Positions 17,935-26,994 of a DNA stretch of 64,000 nt are shown here, one piece after another. Position 1 is the stretch's first letter, and each line of letters starts with the position of its first letter. Source of the DNA: Patescibacteria group bacterium. GTDB lineage: Bacteria; Patescibacteriota; Minisyncoccia; Moranbacterales; UBA2206. Made by a program: the position numbers and the translations under genes. The stretch is from contig JAKLFF010000003.1 of assembly GCA_022711335.1 (NCBI GenBank), positions 13,508 to 77,507 of the forward strand, read 5' to 3'. Below the pieces are notes generated by a model, which made no database searches, was not told the DNA's origin, and saw only the letters and a list, made by a program, of their open reading frames with translations.

Positions 17935-19311
17935 TTATACCTTTCTTTCTGGAAAATAATCGCCGGTTTTTCGAAGCTTTAAATCCCGCCCGCAATAACG
18001 CGCTCCTTCCGCACATTTTCCGGTTCTGTAGCAGGGCGGTTCGAATATGCCAAGCAACTCATTGTGCTTCTTAATCGCAAAACGAAGCGCGCGACCCACA
18101 TGGTAGATTTCCTCCTGAGCGCACCAGCAAAGCCTCTTCGCTTGTTCATGAGCAATGGCATTTAGAGACCCGGTTTTATCGTATTTAACCATTGCGCCAT
18201 AAGGAGCAAGAATCATAGCAAGGGTTTGCGGAATGCTTTTCGATATGTCAACCCATTGCTTCATATATGCCTTTGCTACCGCGTGAAGCCCCATTTCGCT
18301 AGGAACTGGGGGCAAATAGAAAAATCCAATGAATTCCGGTTTTGATCTTCGCAGCGTGCGATGGCGCTGATCTTGACCCATTGTTGCTACGGAAATCTGA
18401 ATTTGAGTCTTTATCTCGGCAATCGCATTATCCATAAACAACGGATGGAAATGCAACAAATCAACAGGGTGAAGACTGCTAGAATTTGGCGGAACAAAAC
18501 CGGCGCCGCTTGCAAAATGCAGACTGTGAACAGGTTTTTTCGCAATTCCAATTAGATTAAGCGCAGGGATTTTTATTGCCCAGTAAGACTGGCTCTCTGT
18601 TTGCGATTCAAACATAAATGCAAGTTTGGGAAATTTTTCCAAAACACTAGAAACCATTTCTCCAACAACATATTGCATCGCCGGAGTCCAGGCGGTTCGA
18701 TACATAGCCGCAAGAACAGTAAGATTAATTGTATAGTCAAGCCCGGTCGGAAAGATGACTGGAATAAACATGCGCATCTGCTCTTGAGCAATTTTCGGAG
18801 CGTTCATTTGATCACCAACATAAGGACGCTCTTCTTTTATAAACCTCTCCGCAATAGCTGTAGCCGTAGAGATATTTGATTGATAAATATCAACGCCTTT
18901 TTTGACATACTCTACCACTTTTTTCAGTATCGATCCTCCAACAGACGGCCAAAAAGTTATAATGTACTTCTCAATTTCACCAAAATCAGGTTCGGTAAAC
19001 ATTTTAGCGCAATAGCGCCCGGATCGCTGATCTGAATTGTAAAAAGGATGGGTCAGATGAAGACCAAACGTGACATCCCCCACCGCAATTCCTTCAATAG
19101 AAAACGTGAAGAAACTGTGCTGAAGAGTTGTGTGATGGCCGACGTCAAAAAGTCTGCCTTTGACATCAATTGTTTTTCCCAATTGCGGATCCTCTGCCTG
19201 ATAGCACTTGAGGGCAGCATGAGAAGTCAGCTCCAATGGATCAGTGTTGGTGTGAGCAATAAGTTTTACGGAAACCATCTCTTTCTCCTTCTTTTTTCCC
19301 TTGGTTGGCAT
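17935..19311 (-). CDS. thyX: tandem-domain ThyX-like FAD-dependent thymidylate synthase; first RHR motif degenerate (THP), second half keeps QRHRTLRRS
   Basis: 458 aa. N-terminal half matches the ThyX pattern (HTTLQHSFFTFSIEG...QRSGRY). Confidence 0.5.
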   Translation of the reverse strand: MPTKGKKKEKEMVSVKLIAHTNTDPLELTSHAALKCYQAEDPQLGKTIDVKGRLFDVGHHTTLQHSFFTFSIEGIAVGDVTFGLHLTHPFYNSDQRSGRYCAKMFTEPDFGEIEKYIITFWPSVGGSILKKVVEYVKKGVDIYQSNISTATAIAERFIKEERPYVGDQMNAPKIAQEQMRMFIPVIFPTGLDYTINLTVLAAMYRTAWTPAMQYVVGEMVSSVLEKFPKLAFMFESQTESQSYWAIKIPALNLIGIAKKPVHSLHFASGAGFVPPNSSSLHPVDLLHFHPLFMDNAIAEIKTQIQISVATMGQDQRHRTLRRSKPEFIGFFYLPPVPSEMGLHAVAKAYMKQWVDISKSIPQTLAMILAPYGAMVKYDKTGSLNAIAHEQAKRLCWCAQEEIYHVGRALRFAIKKHNELLGIFEPPCYRTGKCAEGARYCGRDLKLRKTGDYFPERKV

Positions 19312-19352
19312 ATAATTTCCCCAAAATAAAGACAGTTTGTCAAAGAAACTGC

Positions 19353-19904
19353 CTAATTCTTGCAGTTTCTAATTATTTTGTCAATCTGGCTGTATAATTC
19401 TTCAAAAGTCCCAGTATTATCAACATTATATTCAGCCATAGAAATTGGTCCGGCTTGGAATAAGTTCTCGATTTGGGCATAATCTCGGCTTTTTGCTTCT
19501 TCCCGAGTCAACGGTCTCACTGGGCGCTTACTTATTCTTTCATATCTAAGTTTTGGCGGAGCATAAACAGATAGAGTTATGAAGTTATCACCAAATTTTT
19601 CTTTAAATAAAAGATACTCGCTCCAATCATATAAGCTTTCAACAAGAACTATTGGTTCTTCAATCGCTTCTATTTTCTTTATTACTTGACTAGCATAATG
19701 CAATCGACCATATTTTTCTCTCAAGCCTTCACGGATTGCTCTTTCATTTTTTTCATTAATTTCTAAGCCTTGCCTCCTCATTTCATCAAAAGTAACCTCG
19801 CCAAAATAAACCTTTGGCCAATTGCGTTTCTTCATTAAATAATTTATAACTTCTGTCTTCCCTGACCCCGGTAAACCCAAAATTGCTATGACTTCTCGAT
19901 TCAT
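19353..19904 (-). CDS. P-loop nucleotide kinase-like (dNMP kinase family?)
   Basis: GLPGSGKT Walker A. Paralog of 20566-21126. Confidence 0.45.
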   Translation of the reverse strand: MNREVIAILGLPGSGKTEVINYLMKKRNWPKVYFGEVTFDEMRRQGLEINEKNERAIREGLREKYGRLHYASQVIKKIEAIEEPIVLVESLYDWSEYLLFKEKFGDNFITLSVYAPPKLRYERISKRPVRPLTREEAKSRDYAQIENLFQAGPISMAEYNVDNTGTFEELYSQIDKIIRNCKN

Positions 19905-19920
19905 TGTTTTTATTTGTTTC

Positions 19921-20484
19921 TTATAAATTAATATTATTTTTTACCTTGCTTTTCACCGTCTTCACCCCGTACTGCACCATGTCGTCCAAAAGATCCTTCT
20001 TCTGCCATTTTTTTGCCCAATCTTTTGTTTTATAGACTTTTATCGAGCCATCGGTCTGATGGCAGGCCATTTCACTGATTCCGGCGTTAACAATTTCTTT
20101 TTTGCAAATAAAACAAGGAAAAGCATTAATGGGAACAACCTTCCCGTTTTCATCCAGTTTTACGGAATACAGATACATTCTTGAACCTATTGTACTCACC
20201 CCGGCTCTTGCCGCGTTGATTATGGCATTTTGCTCCGAATGAACGCTCCGGCAAAGCTCATATCTCTGTCCGGATGGAATATTCATTTCGCGCCGAAGAC
20301 AGCTATTTCTCTCAAAGCAATCTTTGGTATTCCTCGGCGCTCCCGTATAACCGGTAGAAATTATTTGATCATTTTTTACAATAATTGATCCGTGCTGGGC
20401 TCGAAAACAGGAAGTGCGGAGAGATACAACGCGCGCAATGTTCATATAATGCTGCTCTTTGGAAATTCTTTTTCTTTTGGCCAT
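19921..20484 (-). CDS. dCMP deaminase
   Basis: HSEQNAI and PCFICK zinc motifs. Track ORF extends to 20538. Confidence 0.8.
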   Translation of the reverse strand: MAKRKRISKEQHYMNIARVVSLRTSCFRAQHGSIIVKNDQIISTGYTGAPRNTKDCFERNSCLRREMNIPSGQRYELCRSVHSEQNAIINAARAGVSTIGSRMYLYSVKLDENGKVVPINAFPCFICKKEIVNAGISEMACHQTDGSIKVYKTKDWAKKWQKKDLLDDMVQYGVKTVKSKVKNNINL

Positions 20485-20565
20485 ATTTTTTATATTTACA
20501 AGTTCTTTAATTTTACAATTTTTAAATCTTTCCGTCAAAAAAGCGGATTTGACATCCGCTTTGGT

Positions 20566-21126
20566 TTATTTCATTATCTTTTCCATCATTTCATCCACCT
20601 GCCTTATCAATTCTTCCTGCGCTCCGCCGTTATCCAGCTTGAAATCAGCCTGTTTTCCAATTTCGTGAATGGAAATTTCAGTGAGCTTTCCTTCCTCCTC
20701 AAGAAATTGCTCCAAAGTAGTTTTATCCTCTCCGTCGTTCTGCTTTCTGAATCTGGTTCGATTATAGCGCACTTTTATGTCCGCTGTTACGTACACCAAA
20801 TAGAATTTGTTTCCATACTTTTTCCGAAAAGGCTCCACATCGCCGTGCATCCTTATACCGTCCGCTATGATTACATCTGACCCGTTCTTTTCCATGTCCT
20901 GTATCAGAGAGTCGATAATCACTGAAGGACCGTATCCCTCTTTAAGAACTAGAGCCAATTTAATCAAATTGTCCCGGGTAATTGGCAATCTCAAATCTTC
21001 AAGCGTTCTTCTTAAAATCTTGGAGGTTCCATAATGAACGGCGCCGTATTTTTCTTTGAGATGGTCAGAAACCGTGCCTTTCCCGGCACCTTTTTCGCCT
21101 ATTAAACCTATAACTATTTTTGCCAT
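20566..21126 (-). CDS. P-loop nucleotide kinase-like paralog
   Basis: GLIGEKGAGKGT Walker A. Track N-terminus (to 21165) is translated Family C repeat. True start MAKIV abuts the repeat. Confidence 0.45.
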   Translation of the reverse strand: MAKIVIGLIGEKGAGKGTVSDHLKEKYGAVHYGTSKILRRTLEDLRLPITRDNLIKLALVLKEGYGPSVIIDSLIQDMEKNGSDVIIADGIRMHGDVEPFRKKYGNKFYLVYVTADIKVRYNRTRFRKQNDGEDKTTLEQFLEEEGKLTEISIHEIGKQADFKLDNGGAQEELIRQVDEMMEKIMK

Positions 21127-21276
21127 TTTTGTCCGCGAGGCACGAGCGGCTACAAAAATAAGCATCCCGCACCAATTCTATAATCAAAATTTAATATTTC
21201 TTAAAAACTGAGCCGCAGGCGATTCCGTGGCAGAAGCTATGCGTTAAGCATTATTTCATTCGGAATTTGGTGCGGG
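21127..21276 (-). repeat. Family C ~150-nt element (5' module TTTTGTC.GCGAG..ACAAAAATRAG; 13-14-bp terminal inverted repeats CCCGCACCAATTC ... GAATTGGTGCGGG)
   Basis: Three copies, each filling a co-directional intergenic gap and ending at a start codon. Confidence 0.7.
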
Positions 21277-21358
21277 AAAAACACCCATTAATCCTATCAA
21301 ATAAAACTTGGCTGGTCAATATAAAAAGGCACTCGAAGCGCCTCTTTATTTTCCAACC

Positions 21359-22051
21359 CTAAATTTTCACCTTTAGTCCTGCTCCCATAGTCGAACAAAT
21401 GCTGATATTTTTCACAAGTTTTCCCTTGAGCCCCGCCGGCTTAGCTTTCTCGACGCTGTCTATAAAAGTCTTCACATTTTCAACAAGTTTAGCTTCATCG
21501 AATGATATTTTTCCAATCAGCTGATGCACATTTCCATTGCTGTCATTTTTATAGGCTGCCTTTCCTTTTTTAAGCGCTTCGACGGTTTCCTTGACCTTGG
21601 TTGTAACCGTGTCAGTCTTCGGATTCGGCATAAGCCCTTTCGGACCGAGAATTTTGGCAACTGGAGCCAGTTTTGGCATCATTTCCGGCGTAGCCACCAA
21701 GATATCAAATCCTCCGCCTTTTCCTGAAAATATTTTTCCGCTTTTGATTTTTTCAATCATTTCTTCCCCGCCGACAATATCCGCTCCCGCTTTTTTGGCA
21801 GCATCAGCTGAAGTTGAAGTAATAACAGCAATCCTTTTGCTCTTTCCGGTTCCATGCGGAAGATTAACCATTCCCCGAACTTGCTGATCGCCTTTTTTCG
21901 GATCGATGTTAGTTTTTATATGCACTTCCACCGACTCGTCAAACTTGGCAGTTCTATTTTCTTTGATAAACTTTACCGCTTCCTCGAGCGTATAAATCTT
22001 ATTCTTATCCAGTTTTTCGAGCACAGCTCGATATTTTTTTCCGTGTTTCAT
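21359..22051 (-). CDS. rplA: ribosomal protein L1
   Basis: L1 motifs. Confidence 0.95.
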   Translation of the reverse strand: MKHGKKYRAVLEKLDKNKIYTLEEAVKFIKENRTAKFDESVEVHIKTNIDPKKGDQQVRGMVNLPHGTGKSKRIAVITSTSADAAKKAGADIVGGEEMIEKIKSGKIFSGKGGGFDILVATPEMMPKLAPVAKILGPKGLMPNPKTDTVTTKVKETVEALKKGKAAYKNDSNGNVHQLIGKISFDEAKLVENVKTFIDSVEKAKPAGLKGKLVKNISICSTMGAGLKVKI

Positions 22052-22103
22052 ATGTTTTCAGTGGTGCAAACGACATTATTGGTCTCCCACTTATTAAATA
22101 TTA

Positions 22104-22526
22104 TTATTCTACTTTTATTCCCATCGATTTCGCCGTTCCTTCGATTATCTTGGCCGCGCCTTCGACATCATTGGCATTGAGATCTTCCATTTTTCGCCCG
22201 GCAATTTCCCGAATTTTTTCTTTGCTGACTTTTCCCACTTTTGTTTTCAGAGGATCTCCAGATCCTTTTTGAACACCGGCCGCTTTTCGAAGTAAATCAG
22301 AAGCTGGAGGAGTTTTCAGAACAAAGGTAAAAGTCCGGTCTTCAAAAACCGTTATTTCCGCCGGGATTATATCTCCGCCCTTGTCCTTGGTCGCTTCATT
22401 AAATTTCGTGCAGAATTCCTGAATATTAAGCCCGTGCTGGCCCAAAGCCGGACCGACTGGAGGCGCCGGATTGGCTTTCCCGGCCGGGATTTGAAGTTTG
22501 ATAATAGTCTTGATTTTCTTGGCCAT
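22104..22526 (-). CDS. rplK: ribosomal protein L11
   Basis: [16 protein letters not shown] motif. Confidence 0.95.
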   Translation of the reverse strand: MAKKIKTIIKLQIPAGKANPAPPVGPALGQHGLNIQEFCTKFNEATKDKGGDIIPAEITVFEDRTFTFVLKTPPASDLLRKAAGVQKGSGDPLKTKVGKVSKEKIREIAGRKMEDLNANDVEGAAKIIEGTAKSMGIKVE

Positions 22527-22674
22527 GATTATAGAATATTGAATTTAGTATTTTGAATTTTGAATGGAAATAATGAATATAGAATCGCGATTTCTCTCTT
22601 TTTAATCGACTATATTCAAAATTCTATATTCCTATTCTAAATTCGCAATTCACAATTCTAAATTCAGTAATAAA
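22527..22674. repeat. Family B palindromic AT-rich element (GAATTT/AAATTC units)
   Basis: A 55-nt segment is near-identical to 26945-26998. Confidence 0.55.
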
Positions 22675-23220
22675 TTAAATCTTACTAACTTGCAGGAAGT
22701 CCAACTCAACTGGCGTTTCTCTCCCGAATATCGAAACCAAAACCTTAATTCTTCCCTTTTCTTCGTCCACTTCACTGACTTTTCCATCAAAATCCTTGAA
22801 AGGTCCGTCGTTTATTTTTACCGCTTCTCCGGCTTTGATGTCAATTTTATACTTCGGTTCAGACACGCCCATGCGTTTTTTGAGCATCTCGATTTCTTTC
22901 GGATCAACAGGGGTCGGAGTGGTTCCAAGGCCGATAAATCCGGTAACATTAGGAGTATTTCGAACAACGTACCAGGAAGCATCCGTCACAATCATATCCA
23001 CCAGAACATAACCGGGGTAGATTCGCTCTTCAATAATATTTCTTTTTCCGCTTTTTATTTTGATTTTCTTTTCCACCGGAACCATGACATCAAAAATCAA
23101 ATCCTGCATATCCATGGATTCGATTCTTTGTTTGAGATTTCTAGCAACATTATCTTCGTATCCGGAATAAGTATGGAGCACATACCACGCCCTTCCGTGG
23201 TGCTGACTTTGCTTTGCCAT
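22675..23220 (-). CDS. nusG: transcription antiterminator NusG
   Basis: NGN plus KOW domains. Confidence 0.9.
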   Translation of the reverse strand: MAKQSQHHGRAWYVLHTYSGYEDNVARNLKQRIESMDMQDLIFDVMVPVEKKIKIKSGKRNIIEERIYPGYVLVDMIVTDASWYVVRNTPNVTGFIGLGTTPTPVDPKEIEMLKKRMGVSEPKYKIDIKAGEAVKINDGPFKDFDGKVSEVDEEKGRIKVLVSIFGRETPVELDFLQVSKI

Positions 23221-23221
23221 A

Positions 23222-23410
23222 TTATTTTAATATAAATGTTTTTAATAAATATTCAAAAATAAAATCCAATCCGCCCAAAAAAAGAGAAACTGCGATGCTT
23301 ATGCCTATCACCGCCAACGTATAATTCATGGTTTGCTGTTTGGTCGGCCAGTTGACTTTCATAAGTTCCGCCCGCGCATCTTTTAGAAATGTTTTGACTT
23401 TATTAAGCAT
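23222..23410 (-). CDS. secE: preprotein translocase SecE
   Basis: 62 aa, single TM, sits upstream of nusG. Confidence 0.7.
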   Translation of the reverse strand: MLNKVKTFLKDARAELMKVNWPTKQQTMNYTLAVIGISIAVSLFLGGLDFIFEYLLKTFILK

Positions 23411-23491
23411 ATTTTAAGCTTTTTTAAAAGCCCTTCGGGGGCTTTCTTTTGTGATTTAATAATATATTATATTAGTATTTATGTCAAACCG

Positions 23492-23520
23492 TTGGACAAA
23501 ATCAATCTTTCCTGTATAAT
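23492..23520 (+). promoter_or_regulatory. sigma70 promoter TTGGAC-N17-TATAAT for the tRNA pair
   Basis: About 40 nt upstream of tRNA-Ala. Confidence 0.55.
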
Positions 23521-23559
23521 AATTTTTAGTTGTTATTGTATTATTTAAAGCTCAAATTC

Positions 23560-23632
23560 GGGCTCATAGCTCAGTTGGTAGAGCGCCTCGTTTGCACCGA
23601 GGAGGCCAGGAGTTCGAATCTCCTTGAGTCCA
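23560..23632 (+). tRNA. tRNA-Ala (anticodon TGC), G3:U70 identity pair, no encoded CCA
   Basis: Full cloverleaf folded by hand. Confidence 0.9.
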
Positions 23633-23635
23633 CAT

Positions 23636-23712
23636 GGGCGTATAGCTCAGTTGGTTAGAGCGCGTCACTGATAATGACGAGGTCTCTGGTTCGAGTCCAG
23701 ATACGCCCACCA
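23636..23712 (+). tRNA. tRNA-Ile (anticodon GAT), CCA encoded
   Basis: Full cloverleaf folded by hand. Confidence 0.9.
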
Positions 23713-23717
23713 ATTTT

Positions 23718-23751
23718 TAAAAAACCCCGCTTGGCTTTAGCGGGATTTTTT
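23718..23751. terminator. bidirectional terminator after the tRNAs and murD
   Basis: AAACCCCGC..GCGGGATTTTTT. Confidence 0.6.
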
Positions 23752-25150
23752 ATTTCAAACTATTTACTGCCGCCTTGAATTTGTCCCCACGGTCGAACTC
23801 ATTGGCAAACATGCCAAAACTGGCCGCGCCAGGTGAAAGCAAGATCACATCCCCGTTCATTGCTTCAATTCTAGCCAATTCTACCGCTTTTTCCATAGAT
23901 TCAGCCATTAAAAACTCTTTTTTTGAGTCTTCAGCTGGCAGGTTTTTTCTAATCGCATCAATTAATTTATCTGTCGCCTGTCCTTTCAAAAACACTGCGC
24001 TTTTAACTTTTTGGGATATTATTTTTTCCAGCTTTGACATGTCCAAATTTTTGTCTGATCCCCCGCAAATTAGTACGATCGGCTCGAAAAAAGCGTTGAT
24101 TCCAGCTTCGGCTGATTCTGGAGTCGTCGCGGCCGTATCGTTATAATATTTAACCCCTTCGACCTCTCTCACAAATTCCAACCGATGTGGAATTCCCCTA
24201 AATTCCGCAATAGCCTTTTTTATCGCTTTTGGATCAATTTCCAGCGCAGTCGCTGCAGAAACAGCCGCCAAAATATTAGAAGCATTATGAACGCCTTTCA
24301 ATTTAATTTCAGAAACATCAATGACTTTTTTTTCGTCAATGCCATTGTTTATATAAACCGCTCCTTCGTTCAAAAATACGCTTTTTCCGTGATTGACTTT
24401 GTTTTTTGAAAATTTTATCAGATTGGATTTTATTTCTCCGTCTAATTTATTGAGAACTTCATCGTCCCAGTTAGCCGCGAAAAAATCTTCCGGTTTTTGA
24501 TTGAGAAATATATATTTTTTGTCTTTTATATATTCCTCCATATTTTTATAATAATTAAGATGATCCGGAAAGATATTAGTGAAAACTGCAACGCGGGGGC
24601 TTATTTTATATCGCCCGAGAGCCGAAAGCCGCCAGCTTGAAAGCTCAAAAACAACCGTATTATCCTTCTCAAGATCTTTCAGTTTGTCAAGAACCGGCGC
24701 TTGTCCAACTCCGGCCTTTACTGGTTTTTTTCCAGCCGCCTTCAAAATCTCATAAATTAGCGTTGAAGTTGTTGTTTTTCCCTTTGTTCCCGTAACGCCG
24801 ACAATCGTATTTTTGCAAAGTTTGAAAAACAGGCTAGAATCCACTTCCACTGGCACTTTATTTTCCAGAGCTATTTTCACATATTTATTGCTCCAGGAAA
24901 CAGGAGGAGTTTTTATCACCATATCAGCCTTTGCAAAATCCTCCGGCCGATGCTGATTGAAAACATAAACTATATTTTTTATGTCCTTTAACTTTTCAAG
25001 AGACGGCGCCAATTCTTCTTTGGATTTAAGATCCGTAACAGTAATGATTGCCCCTGCCCAAGATAAAAAACGGACGGTTCCGATTCCTCCGCCGTGAAGA
25101 CCCAGACCCATGACAGTTATCTTCTTGCCCTTTAAATCGCTTAGCTGCAT
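23750..25150 (-). CDS. murD: UDP-N-acetylmuramoylalanine--D-glutamate ligase
   Basis: MurD N-terminal glycine-rich motifs and Mur ligase core. Confidence 0.9.
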   Translation of the reverse strand: MQLSDLKGKKITVMGLGLHGGGIGTVRFLSWAGAIITVTDLKSKEELAPSLEKLKDIKNIVYVFNQHRPEDFAKADMVIKTPPVSWSNKYVKIALENKVPVEVDSSLFFKLCKNTIVGVTGTKGKTTTSTLIYEILKAAGKKPVKAGVGQAPVLDKLKDLEKDNTVVFELSSWRLSALGRYKISPRVAVFTNIFPDHLNYYKNMEEYIKDKKYIFLNQKPEDFFAANWDDEVLNKLDGEIKSNLIKFSKNKVNHGKSVFLNEGAVYINNGIDEKKVIDVSEIKLKGVHNASNILAAVSAATALEIDPKAIKKAIAEFRGIPHRLEFVREVEGVKYYNDTAATTPESAEAGINAFFEPIVLICGGSDKNLDMSKLEKIISQKVKSAVFLKGQATDKLIDAIRKNLPAEDSKKEFLMAESMEKAVELARIEAMNGDVILLSPGAASFGMFANEFDRGDKFKAAVNSLK

Positions 25151-25298
25151 ATAAAAAATTTTACTTATTTATTCAATTAGCGCTATTTAATTTCTAATTT
25201 TTAATTTTATAATTTTTAATATCTAAACTTACAATGTTTAAAAATTATAAATTTAAGCATTATTTACAAAATTAAAAATTCAAAAATTAAAAATTATT

Positions 25299-26870
25299 TT
25301 AGCGCGTAATCATTTCCCCATTTCTTATCCCCAGATATTTTCCAGCAGACAAAACTATCTTTCCCCCTACGAGCAAATATTCGACTCCCCGGCAATATTG
25401 ATAAGGATTATCTTTTGTTGCCGGACTATCGAGCTTATTTTTATCCAAAATTATAATATCAGCGAAGTTTTTTTCTTTCAACTCTCCTCTTTTTTCCAGC
25501 CCGAATTTTTTGGCTGGAAGAGATGTCATCTTTTTTATCGCCTCTTCAAAGCTTAATAATTTCTCCCCTGCCACATATTCAGACAGAACTTTGATAAATG
25601 TTCCAAAACTTCTTTGATGGACCAGTTCTCCGCTGGATCGATGATCAATGCTGTACCCTGCTCCATTCGTGGAAATAATCGACAACGGATGCATTATGGC
25701 TTTTTTTACGTTATCCTTGGAAAGTATTTCCATGGAAGTTATTACTCTCCCTTCGCTGGCAATTAGGATGTCGATTATAGCATCCTCGACCGATTTTTCC
25801 TGCGAAATTGCAATTTCCAAAATTTTTCTCCTGGCCAGGGTTTTGTTCAACGGAGAAATAGCAATTTCGACTTTGCTGTAATCAAAACTGGATTTTTTTA
25901 TTTCGGCAATTACTTTCGCCCGAACTACTGGATCTTTGAGCCGGTGGATCATTATCTTTTTCCCGCCTTCCGCCACCCAGTCCGGAAGCAGCGTATAAAG
26001 AACAGAGCCAGTGTTGATGTAAGGATAGATATCGAAAGTCACGTCAATTCCGTTTTCATAAGCATGGTCAATAATATCCAGCGCTTCATCCATTTTTCCC
26101 CAATTCTTCCTGCCCATAGCCTTCAGATGAGATATGTGCAGCTTCGCTCCCGATCTTCTTGCAATTTCAACTGCTTCTTCACAGGATCCCACCAGTTCCT
26201 CATCTTCCCCTCTTATGTGAGTGGCATAAACTCCGTCATATTTTTTTACTATCTTTGCCAATTCTGTAAGTTCTTCAATCGGTGCTAGTTTGGCATGAGT
26301 GTAAACAAGGCCTGTTGACATTCCAAATGCCCCCGAACCCAGTGAATTCGCCAGCTCTTTTTTCATAAAATTCAGCTCTTTCGGAACGAGATTCCTGACT
26401 TCATCATGCAAAATTCCCCGCCGCATAGTTCCATGCCCGACAAGCGTCGCGAAGTTCACTGAAAATCTCTTATTTTCCATAAAACCTGTAAATTCTTTGA
26501 ATTTCAGCCAATTTACATTTATTTTTTTGAGATCTGCCCATTTTTGGATAGATTCAATATTTTTGGAGCTGGTTAGCGGCGCCAGAGACGATCCGCAATT
26601 CCCTCCAACTATTGTTGTTATTCCCTGATAGACCAGGCTTTCCAGATCCGGGTTTAAAAACAATTGCCAATAGGTATCGCTGTGGTTGTTGACATCAATA
26701 AAGCCGGGGCAGACATATTTTCCGCCGGCATCGATGATCTCATCCGCCTTTTCATTTCGAAGATCGCCAATTTTGGCGATTTTTTCTTCTTTTATGCCGA
26801 TATCGCCTAAAAACATCGGCGCCCCCGTACCATCGATAATTTGTCCGTTTTTTATTATGATATCGTACAT
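25299..26870 (-). CDS. amidohydrolase family (N-acyl-D-amino-acid deacylase-like)
   Basis: N-terminal metal-binding motif. Confidence 0.65.
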   Translation of the reverse strand: MYDIIIKNGQIIDGTGAPMFLGDIGIKEEKIAKIGDLRNEKADEIIDAGGKYVCPGFIDVNNHSDTYWQLFLNPDLESLVYQGITTIVGGNCGSSLAPLTSSKNIESIQKWADLKKINVNWLKFKEFTGFMENKRFSVNFATLVGHGTMRRGILHDEVRNLVPKELNFMKKELANSLGSGAFGMSTGLVYTHAKLAPIEELTELAKIVKKYDGVYATHIRGEDEELVGSCEEAVEIARRSGAKLHISHLKAMGRKNWGKMDEALDIIDHAYENGIDVTFDIYPYINTGSVLYTLLPDWVAEGGKKIMIHRLKDPVVRAKVIAEIKKSSFDYSKVEIAISPLNKTLARRKILEIAISQEKSVEDAIIDILIASEGRVITSMEILSKDNVKKAIMHPLSIISTNGAGYSIDHRSSGELVHQRSFGTFIKVLSEYVAGEKLLSFEEAIKKMTSLPAKKFGLEKRGELKEKNFADIIILDKNKLDSPATKDNPYQYCRGVEYLLVGGKIVLSAGKYLGIRNGEMITR

Positions 26871-26994
26871 GAAATAAGAATCTTGAATTTAGTATTTAGA
26901 ATTTTGAATCAGAATCAAGAACAAAAGAATCAAGATTTTCTATATTCAAAATTCCATATTCCTATTCTAAATTCCAAATTCACAATTCTAAATT
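26871..26994. repeat. Family B palindromic element
   Basis: Near-identical to B1. Confidence 0.55.

Noticed and set aside
23560-23712. tRNA-Ala/tRNA-Ile as part of an rRNA operon spacer
   Set aside because: No 16S or 23S sequence is adjacent. The pair has its own consensus promoter and terminator.
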